Below, piece by piece: positions 18,015 through 26,952 of a DNA stretch of 64,000 bases. Made by a program: the position numbers and the translations under genes. The stretch covers positions 8,395 through 72,394 of the forward strand of contig JAJCZF010000074.1 in assembly GCA_029262535.1 (NCBI GenBank), read 5' to 3'. The notes beneath the pieces were generated by a model, which saw only the letters and a list, made by a program, of their open reading frames with translations, was not told the DNA's origin and made no database searches. The stretch comes from Deltaproteobacteria bacterium (lineage in GTDB: Bacteria > Desulfobacterota > GWC2-55-46 > JAJCZF01). The stretch's first letter is position 1, and the number at the start of each line of letters is the position of its first letter.

Positions 18015-19457
18015 TTAGTCGACCTTATTGGCGAATCGTTTCGCGAGCTTCGGCACCCATCCGGTAAATAGCTTTTCGCGGTAGTATTCGTCGGCTGCGC
18101 GTTTTACTCCTTGCGCAACGGTCGGGTATGCGTGTATCGTCTGGCTCAGTTTGGTAACGGGCAGCCCCGCGCTCATGGCGAGCGTGAATTCGTGTATGAA
18201 CTCCCCGGCGTTAGGGCCGACGATATGTGCGCCGACTATCTTTTTCTTCTTATCCACTATGACCTTTACGAGCCCCTCTGGATTGCCCTCTATAATGGCG
18301 CGGTCGTTCTCTTTAAACCAGTGGCGGTAGACTTTGACCTCGTCGCCGTATTTCTCACGTGCCTCGGCCTCTGTCAGGCCCACTCGCGCTAGCTCCGGTT
18401 CGGTAAATGTCACCCACGGCACGACCGTATAGTCGGCCTTGCGGTTGAGGAGCGGGAAGAGGGCGTTGGTGATGACGATGGACGCTTCGTATTCGGCTAC
18501 ATGGGTGAACTTATACTTTCCAGCAACGTCGCCGCAGGCGTATATATGTTTTGCGGTCGTCATTAGATGTTCGTCCACCTTTATGCCTGCCTTGTCGTAG
18601 TCGATGCCTGCTGCCTCAAGATTTAGCCCCGCTGTGTTGGGCGACTGTCCGAGGGCCGCGAGTACCTCCTCGGTCTCAAGTATTGTCTCTCCGTCCGGGC
18701 TCTTTATATTAAGCACTCTAATGCCGCCCGTGGGTTGGTCTATTGATATTTTTGATACGGTCGCCTCTTTTATAAAGGTAATGCCCTCTTTGGTCAAGAC
18801 TTCTTCGAGAGTATCGGCGACCTCGCGGTCTTCTTTGGAGAGTATGCGGTCTTTGCGTAGTATTACGGTGACCTCTGTGCCGAGGCGCGAAAATATTTGC
18901 GCGTATTCGATGGCGATAGGCCCAGCGCCGAGAATGGTCATAGAGTGCGGCAGGCTTTTAAGTTCAAGCATAGTGATATTGGTAAGCGGTTTTGCCTCCT
19001 TAAGGCCCGGTATGGGCGGCAGTATCGCGCTAGAGCCGGTCGCTATGAGAAAGCGGCGGCCCTTTAGCTCTTCATTGGAGCGGTTTACTACAAAGGTTTC
19101 AGAATCCTTAAATTCTCCCGTGCCGATGATTACTCGTATGCCCATCTCCTCAAAACGGGCCGGTTCGTCTCGCACGCCGAGTTTTTTTTGTATGTCGCGT
19201 ACCGATTGCATTACCTTATTAAAATTAACATTTACCGTAACCGGTTCGATGCCGAACTCTGCAGCCCTCCGCATCCGGTGCGCAAGGCGCGCGCTCTCGA
19301 CCAGCCTCTTTGTCGGCACGCAGCCGTAATGCAGGCAGTCTCCGCCAAGCGCCTCCTTCTCAACGAGCGCAACCTTAGCCCCCAACTGCGCCGCCCCGCT
19401 AGCCGTAACCAGCCCCCCAACGCCGCCGCCGATAATGATTAAGTCGTAGTGTTGCAT
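18015..19457 (-). CDS. Pyridine-nucleotide disulfide oxidoreductase (dihydrolipoamide dehydrogenase / mercuric-reductase-like)
   Basis: FAD motif IIGGGVGG, redox-active GGDCLHYGCVPTK, NAD motif ILGAGPIAIE and a C-terminal dimerisation domain with HAYPT. Confidence 0.85.
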   Translation of the reverse strand: MQHYDLIIIGGGVGGLVTASGAAQLGAKVALVEKEALGGDCLHYGCVPTKRLVESARLAHRMRRAAEFGIEPVTVNVNFNKVMQSVRDIQKKLGVRDEPARFEEMGIRVIIGTGEFKDSETFVVNRSNEELKGRRFLIATGSSAILPPIPGLKEAKPLTNITMLELKSLPHSMTILGAGPIAIEYAQIFSRLGTEVTVILRKDRILSKEDREVADTLEEVLTKEGITFIKEATVSKISIDQPTGGIRVLNIKSPDGETILETEEVLAALGQSPNTAGLNLEAAGIDYDKAGIKVDEHLMTTAKHIYACGDVAGKYKFTHVAEYEASIVITNALFPLLNRKADYTVVPWVTFTEPELARVGLTEAEAREKYGDEVKVYRHWFKENDRAIIEGNPEGLVKVIVDKKKKIVGAHIVGPNAGEFIHEFTLAMSAGLPVTKLSQTIHAYPTVAQGVKRAADEYYREKLFTGWVPKLAKRFANKVD

Positions 19458-19588
19458 TGAAAAACCCCTCCAAATGGCACTGTAGAATAGTGCGCTAATA
19501 AAACCGGACCTGTCCGGCTTATGATTCCCATTATAGCACTATGTGGGGAGAAGTCTGTAGGGTGGATTACAGTTTTTGGGGGGATGAG

Positions 19589-19617
19589 TTGACAGGGGCG
19601 GACTATAGTACTATTAT
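19589..19617 (+). promoter_or_regulatory. Sigma-70-type promoter: TTGACA, 17-nt spacer, TATTAT, upstream of rayT
   Basis: TTGACA at 19589-19594, a 17-nt spacer, then TATTAT at 19612-19617. The hexamer pair is identical to the one at 8692..8720. Confidence 0.5.
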
Positions 19618-19681
19618 AAATAATATGTTTTTATCGTAGGGTGGGCTGTGCCCACCAAATCTAAACTCAAATGCATTTAAA

Positions 19682-20224
19682 ATGTCCAAATACCTAAGAT
19701 CCCAACAGGGAAAGACCTTTTTCTTCACGGTAGTTACATATCAAAGGAGGCCTATCCTTTGCCTGGAAGAGTCAAGGGCGGTCATGAAAGAGGTTTTGGC
19801 TGAAGTAAAGGCCTCTCACCCTTTTGAGATAAAGGCGTGGATCTTATTACCGGACCACCTGCATACGATATGGGAACTTCCAAAAGGCGATCTTGATTAT
19901 TCAACGAGATGGGCTTTAATTAAGAAAAATTTTACAAAGCGGGTAAGGTCCACTTTACCGGCTACCACCATGACAGAGTCTCGGCAGCGTCATCGGGAAG
20001 GGGCTATTTGGCAGCGGCGGTTTTGGGAGCATTTTATAAGGGATGAGGAGGATTACCGAAGACATCTTGACTATATCCATTATAATCCTGTTAAACACGG
20101 CCTTGTTAGCAGTCCTAAAAGGTGGGCTTATTCAACCTTTCATAGGTATGTGGAGCGTGGTATTTACCCAGAGGGTTGGGGTGAGGATATGATAGAGTTT
20201 TCAGAAGAGATTTTTAAGGAATAA
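19682..20224 (+). CDS. REP-associated tyrosine transposase (RayT / TnpA-REP, IS200/IS605 Y1 superfamily)
   Basis: HUH motif in LLPDHLHTIW, catalytic-Tyr helix YIHYNPVKHGLV, and flanking inverted REPs. Confidence 0.85.
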   Translation: MSKYLRSQQGKTFFFTVVTYQRRPILCLEESRAVMKEVLAEVKASHPFEIKAWILLPDHLHTIWELPKGDLDYSTRWALIKKNFTKRVRSTLPATTMTESRQRHREGAIWQRRFWEHFIRDEEDYRRHLDYIHYNPVKHGLVSSPKRWAYSTFHRYVERGIYPEGWGEDMIEFSEEIFKE

Positions 20225-20299
20225 AGGCATCTTTTGGTGGGCACAGCCCACCCTACGAGAGAGGCAAAGACGCATTTAATATGAAAGGAGAGTGAAAAT

Positions 20300-20776
20300 A
20301 TGAGTAAGGGGCTTGGTTCTTCTCAAAAAGGAAAAGTGGTTGAAAGCCTTATCGCTGCAACATGCATAATAGGTTCAGATGGAAAATTATCTGTAGGTGT
20401 GCCCTTTGTAGATGATGATGGTGTGGACCTTATGTTTACGCCTAAAGGAGGTGGGGGTACGATATTTGTTCAGGTTAAAAGCCGGTTTTCCTTGATGAAA
20501 AACGGTAGTTACCGCAGCATGGTAAGGAAAAAGACTTTTAATACACGCGATGACTACTTTGTGCTTTTTGCCCATTTTGATTTGAGTAAGATGCAACTCG
20601 GTGATACTCTTTGGTTAATTCCTTCAATTGATTTTAAAAAGAAACTTAAAAATCAGAATAAAGAAAATCCCAATTATATATTTCAGAGCAATTTCAACTC
20701 AAAAAAGGATATGTGGTTGCCTTATCGTTTACAACTAACAGACTTGCCAAAAGAATTATTAAATTTACTAAAATAA
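20300..20776 (+). CDS. Hypothetical protein; PD-(D/E)xK nuclease-fold candidate (DUF4365-like)
   Basis: AT-rich ORF (one sampled 60-nt line has 25% G+C) bracketed by REP2 and REP3. The pattern GKVVESLIAA ... DDDGVDLMF ... IFVQVKS matches the E / D / (E/Q)xK arrangement of restriction-endonuclease-fold proteins. Confidence 0.4.
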   Translation: MSKGLGSSQKGKVVESLIAATCIIGSDGKLSVGVPFVDDDGVDLMFTPKGGGGTIFVQVKSRFSLMKNGSYRSMVRKKTFNTRDDYFVLFAHFDLSKMQLGDTLWLIPSIDFKKKLKNQNKENPNYIFQSNFNSKKDMWLPYRLQLTDLPKELLNLLK

Positions 20777-20919
20777 AAGTCCTTCTCATAGGGTGGGCTG
20801 CGCCCACCAAATAATGTACTTTTCCTATTGGTGGGCACAGCCCACCCTACGATAGAGACTCCCGTCATAGGCATTCCCTCATTGCCCTTTCCCCCCCGAC
20901 CTGTTAAGATATCCGGCTA

Positions 20920-23523
20920 ATGGATTCTCAAAATAAAAAACCCAATGTAAAAGAGTTTTTGCCGCTCGTTCGGAGGCCGTCGCGTTATATCGGCGGGGAG
21001 GCGGGTAGTGTCTTAAAGGACCCTGCTTCGGTTCGGCTTTCCTTTGCGCTTGCTTTTCCCGATACCTATGAGGTTGGTATAAGCCATCTCGGTTGCCAGA
21101 TACTTTATCAGATACTTAGCGCAGAGGCCGACTTCGCCTGCGAGAGGGTATACGCGCCCTGGGGGGACATGGAGGCTTTGTTGCGTGAAAAGGAGCTTCC
21201 GCTAACGGCCCTTGAGAGCGGGCGTGCGCTCTCGGATTTTGATATTCTCGGCTTTTCCATGCAGTACGAGCTCTCTTTTACCAATATCCTAAATATGCTC
21301 GACCTCGGCGGTATCCCACTCCTTCAAAAGGATAGGGGTGAGGGTGACACGCTGGTCATCGGCGGCGGCCCTGCGACATTCAACCCGGAGCCAGTTGCGG
21401 ACTTCTTCGACGCATTCCTTTTGGGCGACGGCGAGGAGGCGATAGTCGATATCTCTAAATGCGTCGCCGACTGTAAAGAAGAAGGTCTTTCGAGAGAAGA
21501 GACGCTTATACGCCTTGCCGGAATCGAAGGCATATACGTGCCCTCTTTCTACGAGATATCTTATAAAGAAGACGGCACGATAGAAGAGATAAGATCTCTA
21601 AAACCTGATCTTGGACCGGTACGTAGGAGAATAGTTAAGGATATCAACGACCTGCCCGACCCGGTAAAACCTGTTGTGCCTATTGTCACGGCTGTGCACG
21701 ACCGCCTTACGGTCGAGATAGCGCGCGGCTGTACGCGTGGATGCCGCTTCTGTCACGCTGGTATGGTGACGCGCCCCATACGCGAGCGCGACCCGCAAAA
21801 GATTATCGATATAGTTAAAGAAGGGCTTCGTAATACCGGTTACGACGAGGTATCGCTACTATCGCTAAGTACCGGAGATTATTGCAATATAGGCCCGGTT
21901 ATAACGGCCCTCATGCAGTCGCTTAAAGAGGAGCGCACATCGGTCTCGCTTCCTTCGCTTCGCGTAGGCACGCTGACCGAAGGGCTAGCCGAAGAGATCA
22001 GGAAGGTCAAGAAGACAGGTTTTACCATGGCCCCGGAGGCCGGGACCGAGCGATTACGCAGGGTTATAAATAAGGTGATAGAAGAGGACGCGCTTGTAGA
22101 TATCGCAAAGACGGTCTACGAGCTTGGCTGGCGTTCGATAAAACTATATTTCATGATAGGCCTTCCGACCGAGACAAAGGGAGATATCGACGGCATAATA
22201 GGGCTAGCCGATCGAGTGCGAGCGGCATCGGGACAGCCAAGGCCCAAATTCAAGAAGAAGAAACCCGCGCGAAATACCCCGGTAAATGTCAGCGTCGGCA
22301 CATATGTACCAAAGCCCTTTACGCCATTTCAGTGGGAAGCGCAGATATCGCTCGACGAAACCTATGAGAGACAGCGCAAGTTGCGCGGCGAGGTCGAGTC
22401 CCTTGGCCTGAGCTTTAAGTGGAACGACGCAAAACTCTCCAACCTCGAAGGGGTTTTTTCAAGGGGCGACCGCAGGCTTGCCAATGCCGTGCTTGGGGCC
22501 TTTAATAAGGGCGCGCGTTTCGACGGCTGGAGCGAATGCTTTAAGAACGACCTCTGGCAGGAGGTCTTTGTCGAAGAGTTCATAGATGTAACTTTTTACA
22601 CAACGCGCAGGCGCGATCGCAAAGAGATACTTCCCTGGGACCATCTCGACTGTGGTGTTACTAAAGAGTTTTTATTAAAAGATCTCGACCTGGCCCTTGC
22701 CGAAGAGGAGACGCCAGACTGCAAGACCTCTCGCTGTACCGACTGCGGGGTCTGCGATTTTAAAGAGATTAAGAATATCGTTTCAGAGTTAGCTGAATCG
22801 CTTGACGGACATACTGTGAAGAGGCGGCCCGCGCCTGACGTGCCGGGCCTGAAGGCGCGTCTTAAGTTCACAAAGAGGGGACCGATAAGGCTTGCGGGCC
22901 ACCTTGAGCTGATGACGACCGTTTCGAGAGCTATCCGGCGTGCGCGCCTTCCGGTGGCCCATTCGGCGGGCTTTCATCCGCACCCCAAGATAAGCTTTTC
23001 AAACCCCCTTCCGGTCGGTATGGAGAGTGACGCGGAGTATATGGATATTGAATTTACCTGTCCCGTTACCGTGGCCAATCTGCCCGACAGGCTCAACCGC
23101 GTACTACCCGACGGACTGCGTTTTATAGAGGCATCCGTTATTGGCTTGAAAACTCCTGCGCTCTCTGCTACTATGAAGGGTAATGAGTATTTAATTGATG
23201 TTACGAACGGCCCCGCGGATGCGGAGGGCCTGGGAATAGATTTTATAGAGTTAGAGCGTCGTATCGAGTCATTTCTCGCAAAAGATCAAATACCGATCAC
23301 TGTGAGAAGAAAAGAAAAGCTAAAGGAGCTGGACCTAAAACCCTTTATAGACTCAATTTTGCTTGAAGACGAGAGTAAGATTAGGCTCGTCTTGAAAACG
23401 TCTGTCGGTCTTGGACGCGAAGGTGGGGGTGTGAAACCTCATGAATGTATAACAGCCCTTCTCAACCTCCGGCCCGAAGACGCCCTCTTAATTCCCATCC
23501 TGAAGACCCGGACCGTTCTTTAG
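20920..23523 (+). CDS. B12-binding radical SAM protein fused to a radical-SAM-associated C-terminal domain (TIGR03960 + TIGR03936-like)
   Basis: Radical-SAM CTRGCRFC after a B12-like N-domain, a basic linker (KFKKKKPARN) and a DUF2344-like C-terminal half. Its position immediately upstream of an RNase E/G gene is typical of this family. Confidence 0.7.
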   Translation: MDSQNKKPNVKEFLPLVRRPSRYIGGEAGSVLKDPASVRLSFALAFPDTYEVGISHLGCQILYQILSAEADFACERVYAPWGDMEALLREKELPLTALESGRALSDFDILGFSMQYELSFTNILNMLDLGGIPLLQKDRGEGDTLVIGGGPATFNPEPVADFFDAFLLGDGEEAIVDISKCVADCKEEGLSREETLIRLAGIEGIYVPSFYEISYKEDGTIEEIRSLKPDLGPVRRRIVKDINDLPDPVKPVVPIVTAVHDRLTVEIARGCTRGCRFCHAGMVTRPIRERDPQKIIDIVKEGLRNTGYDEVSLLSLSTGDYCNIGPVITALMQSLKEERTSVSLPSLRVGTLTEGLAEEIRKVKKTGFTMAPEAGTERLRRVINKVIEEDALVDIAKTVYELGWRSIKLYFMIGLPTETKGDIDGIIGLADRVRAASGQPRPKFKKKKPARNTPVNVSVGTYVPKPFTPFQWEAQISLDETYERQRKLRGEVESLGLSFKWNDAKLSNLEGVFSRGDRRLANAVLGAFNKGARFDGWSECFKNDLWQEVFVEEFIDVTFYTTRRRDRKEILPWDHLDCGVTKEFLLKDLDLALAEEETPDCKTSRCTDCGVCDFKEIKNIVSELAESLDGHTVKRRPAPDVPGLKARLKFTKRGPIRLAGHLELMTTVSRAIRRARLPVAHSAGFHPHPKISFSNPLPVGMESDAEYMDIEFTCPVTVANLPDRLNRVLPDGLRFIEASVIGLKTPALSATMKGNEYLIDVTNGPADAEGLGIDFIELERRIESFLAKDQIPITVRRKEKLKELDLKPFIDSILLEDESKIRLVLKTSVGLGREGGGVKPHECITALLNLRPEDALLIPILKTRTVL

Positions 23524-23593
23524 CCCCGGAAGCGTGCGCTCATAATGCGCACTTCATACGGGCCAACTCCTTATTTCTACGGGTTTTTTCATT

Positions 23594-25078
23594 ATGGCCG
23601 AACGTAAGACCAATACTACCATACTAATCAATTCAAACCCCTTTGAAACTCGTGTAGCCATTGTCAAAGACAAGAGGCTTGTCGAATTCTATCTTGAGCG
23701 GCCCGCCGACAGGGGCATTACCGGTAATATCTATAAGGGTACGGTCGTTCGCGTACTTCCGGGTATGCAGGCGGCCTTTGTAGAGGCCGGGCTTGACCGT
23801 ACCACCTTTCTTCATGTTTCCGATATTAAGATGGACTTTGATGATGACGATGATTCTCCAAGAAACAGGAGGTCTCCCCGTCAGGAGCCGCCGCGTATTC
23901 AGGATGTGCTTAAAGAGGGGCAAAAGGTCACCGTACAGGTAGCCAAAGAGCCTATCGGCACCAAGGGCGCGCGCGTTACAGGTTATGTATCGCTACCCGG
24001 CAGATATCTCGTCCTTATGCCCGATTACGATAAGATTGCCTGTTCGAGGCGTATCTCCGACGAGCGCGAGAGAAGACGTTTGAAGAAGATGGTCTCCGAG
24101 CTCAAACCTAAGAATTTTGCCTTTATCATAAGAACCGTCTGCGAGGGCGCTGAGCGCGAACATATGCAGAGCGATATGGATTACCTTGTTCGTCTCTGGC
24201 AGGGTATCGAAAAGAAGGCAAAAGACTGCTCTACTCCATCGGTTCTTTATGAGGAACTAGACCTTACGCTCCGTACAGTCAGAGATATATTCAGTGAGGA
24301 TGTGGATAAGCTCATAATAGATTCCGAGAGTGAGTACAAAACGACCGCAGCCTTTATTGAAGAGTTTATGCCTCACCTTTCAGGGCGTGTCGAGCACTAC
24401 GCCGGCAAGGATCCGATATTCGACGCATACGGCATAGAGCTTGAGATATCGGACGCTCTTGAAAAGAAGGTCTGGTTAAAGAGCGGTGGACATCTCGTTA
24501 TAGATCAGATGGAGGCCCTTACCGCCATAGATGTAAATACCGGAAAGTACGTCGGAAAGAAGAACTCCGAAGAGACCGTGCTAAAGACCAATCTTGAGTC
24601 TGTCGATGAGGTCGTTTACCAGTTAAAGCTTCGTAATATCGGCGGCATTATCGTGATCGACTTTATCGACATGGAGAAGGCCGCCAACAGGACACGTGTA
24701 TATAACGCCCTTAAGGAAGCCCTTAAGAGCGATAAGACTCGAACCAATATCCTTAAGATCTCGGAGCTCGGTGTCATCGAGATGACGAGAAAGAGGACGC
24801 GCGAGTCCATAGGCCAGTCGCTTTGCGAGCCGTGCCCGTATTGCGACGGCAACGGTCTTGTAAGGGGCAGAGAGACTGTGATAATGGAAATATACAGGGA
24901 GCTTATAAGAGAGCTCCCGAAAAAGAGGCGCAAAGTAGTCGTTTATGTAAATTCGCTTGTTTCGGAAAAACTCAAGGAAGACCCCGCCATAATCGAAGAG
25001 CTCCAGAATACTTTTAAGAAGAAGGTAGTAATAAAGACCGTTGATACATTCCATATGGAGCAATACGAAATAGTTTAA
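23594..25078 (+). CDS. rng: Ribonuclease G / E family endoribonuclease
   Basis: S1 domain GNIYKGTVVRVLPGMQAAFVEAG, catalytic AIDVNTGK, and the zinc-link CPYC near the C-terminus. Confidence 0.85.
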   Translation: MAERKTNTTILINSNPFETRVAIVKDKRLVEFYLERPADRGITGNIYKGTVVRVLPGMQAAFVEAGLDRTTFLHVSDIKMDFDDDDDSPRNRRSPRQEPPRIQDVLKEGQKVTVQVAKEPIGTKGARVTGYVSLPGRYLVLMPDYDKIACSRRISDERERRRLKKMVSELKPKNFAFIIRTVCEGAEREHMQSDMDYLVRLWQGIEKKAKDCSTPSVLYEELDLTLRTVRDIFSEDVDKLIIDSESEYKTTAAFIEEFMPHLSGRVEHYAGKDPIFDAYGIELEISDALEKKVWLKSGGHLVIDQMEALTAIDVNTGKYVGKKNSEETVLKTNLESVDEVVYQLKLRNIGGIIVIDFIDMEKAANRTRVYNALKEALKSDKTRTNILKISELGVIEMTRKRTRESIGQSLCEPCPYCDGNGLVRGRETVIMEIYRELIRELPKKRRKVVVYVNSLVSEKLKEDPAIIEELQNTFKKKVVIKTVDTFHMEQYEIV

Positions 25079-25174
25079 AATCTTTTCTTTTCAGCCCATC
25101 TCTGCGACATAACACACTTTATAGTTTCTTTCTGAAATACTGTTTCTTTTCTAATAATTATGTTATAAGTTTAG

Positions 25175-26320
25175 GTGGATCGGTTTCTGCTATATAGGCG
25201 GGTTGGTCTAACTATATCAAAAATATTATATATTGGAGGTCGTACGATTAATACACACGCACATAAGGCGAGGTTGCTCGTCGTTGACGATATGGCGACT
25301 GAACGCGCCATGGTAAAGGCTATCTTTAAAGGTCCCGACTATGAGGTTATCGAGGCCAAAAACGGCGAAGAGGCCCTCGAAATACTTCGCACGAGTGACA
25401 TCGATACCGTGCTTTTAGATGTTATGATGCCGGGCATGGACGGTTTTGAGTTATGCAGGCATATACGGCTAGATACGGCCTTAAAGCTACTGCCGGTCAT
25501 AATGCTCACTTCTCTCGATAGCGCCGCAGACATCAGAAGCGGCATGGAGGCCGGGGCGAGCGAGTTTATCTCCAAACCTGTTAACCGTATAGAAATAGAG
25601 GCCCGAGTGAGCGGCGCTATCACCCTTAAACGCGTGACGGATCAGCTCGTCGATGCCGAGACCATACTCTTTACCATAGCAAGGGTGGTGGAATATCGTG
25701 ACTACTCGACCGGCGCTCACTGCGGCAGGCTCTCTCAGATGGCCGATGTCTTTGGTCGTTCTCTCGGTCTCAGGGAGGTAGATATTGAGTCGCTCAAGCG
25801 CGGCGCGGTGATGCACGATATCGGCAAGGTCGGCATATCCGACTCCATACTTGCCAAGAACGGGCCGCTTACCGACAAGGAATGGCTCATAATGCAGACC
25901 CACACCATAATCGGCGCAAAGCTTCTGGATCGCCTCAAGAAGATGGCCCCGGTCATAGAGATTATTCGCCACCACCATGAAAGATATGACGGCACGGGTT
26001 ATCCCGACGGCCTGTCGGGCGAAGATATCCCATTCCTCGCAAGGGTCTTTCAGATCATGGATATTTACGACGCGCTCTCCTCCAAGAGACCCTATAAAGA
26101 GGCCTATGCAAGAGAGATCGTAATAGAAAAGATGAAATCCGAGACCGACGACGGCAAGTGGGACCCGAAGCTTATGAAGGCTTTTCTATCGATACTTATA
26201 AATAAGCCTGAGGCCTTTGATTACGATGTAGATTCGGCTCACCTGGACTGGAAAGACGATATCGCGGAGATAATGAAAACCCACGGTCACGACTATACCG
26301 CTGGCATGGATGAGAACTAA
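25175..26320 (+). CDS. Response regulator with HD-GYP domain
   Basis: REC (LLVVDD, DTVLLDVMMPGMDG, SKP) plus MHDIGKV and HHHERYDGTGYP. The GTG start is uncertain. Confidence 0.8.
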   Translation: MDRFLLYRRVGLTISKILYIGGRTINTHAHKARLLVVDDMATERAMVKAIFKGPDYEVIEAKNGEEALEILRTSDIDTVLLDVMMPGMDGFELCRHIRLDTALKLLPVIMLTSLDSAADIRSGMEAGASEFISKPVNRIEIEARVSGAITLKRVTDQLVDAETILFTIARVVEYRDYSTGAHCGRLSQMADVFGRSLGLREVDIESLKRGAVMHDIGKVGISDSILAKNGPLTDKEWLIMQTHTIIGAKLLDRLKKMAPVIEIIRHHHERYDGTGYPDGLSGEDIPFLARVFQIMDIYDALSSKRPYKEAYAREIVIEKMKSETDDGKWDPKLMKAFLSILINKPEAFDYDVDSAHLDWKDDIAEIMKTHGHDYTAGMDEN

Positions 26321-26344
26321 GAGCCTCTATCGCGGAGTTATATT

Positions 26345-26935
26345 TTGCTGGTAATCAAGAAAGGCGAGTCTGCCGCCAATGTCGGGGCACAAGCCGCTCC
26401 ACAGAGATGGGATGGCGCTGGCGATGGCGGCGCAGATAAGACAGAACCGCTTAGAGCCGTGCTTGAATTTACCTTGTCCTCCATGAACTTTTGCGCCGAT
26501 CTCATGGATGTCCACAAGATCTTGCCCTTTATGAAGTATATGCCCTCTCCTGCCGGTCCTACGTACCTTGTTGGTTTTATTAACTTTCACGGCGAGAGCG
26601 TTCCGCTCATCGACATGGCCGAGCGCCTCGGTATGGAACGCGCTACGCCCTACGGGTTAGATACTCCGGTCCTGATAGTAAAGGACAGCGAGAGGCTTTC
26701 GGCTCTTGTAGTGGACGATGTCGCCGCCATATCCGAGTCCGGCGACGGCGCGGTGAGGTTGGGTCAGGCTGTCGGCATTAAGCCTTTTAAGAACGTAGTA
26801 TTTACTACATCAGGCTCCATGTCGTTACTTGTCGACATGGGCGCTCTTACCAGGTTTGAAGGTGACGACGAGTATCTGAAAGTGAATTTAGTGGAGCTTA
26901 ACGAATTTATTAAGAGCGCAAAGACAAGGCTTTAA
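26345..26935 (+). CDS. cheW: CheW-like coupling protein
   Basis: CheW domain (VLEFTLSSMNFCADLMDVHKI..LVGFINFHGESVPLIDMAERLG). The TTG start is tentative. Confidence 0.7.
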   Translation: MLVIKKGESAANVGAQAAPQRWDGAGDGGADKTEPLRAVLEFTLSSMNFCADLMDVHKILPFMKYMPSPAGPTYLVGFINFHGESVPLIDMAERLGMERATPYGLDTPVLIVKDSERLSALVVDDVAAISESGDGAVRLGQAVGIKPFKNVVFTTSGSMSLLVDMGALTRFEGDDEYLKVNLVELNEFIKSAKTRL

Positions 26936-26952
26936 TTTTTTACGGATAAGAG

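Larger units (their letters stand above)
19635..20852 (+). mobile_element. REPtron: RayT gene plus four REP palindromes, with one cargo ORF
   Basis: REP1 is 19635-19658 (gtagggtgggctgtgcccaccaaa). REP2 is 20233-20258 in inverted orientation. REP3 is 20788-20811 and REP4 is 20828-20852 (inverted), and they form a BIME-like pair 16 nt apart. The core is GGTGGGC-NNN-GCCCACC. Confidence 0.8.

Noticed and set aside
18604-19329. A 241-aa plus-strand ORF.
   Set aside because: It is antisense to the flavoprotein disulfide reductase gene, and its Ser/Arg/Pro-rich translation is typical of shadow ORFs.
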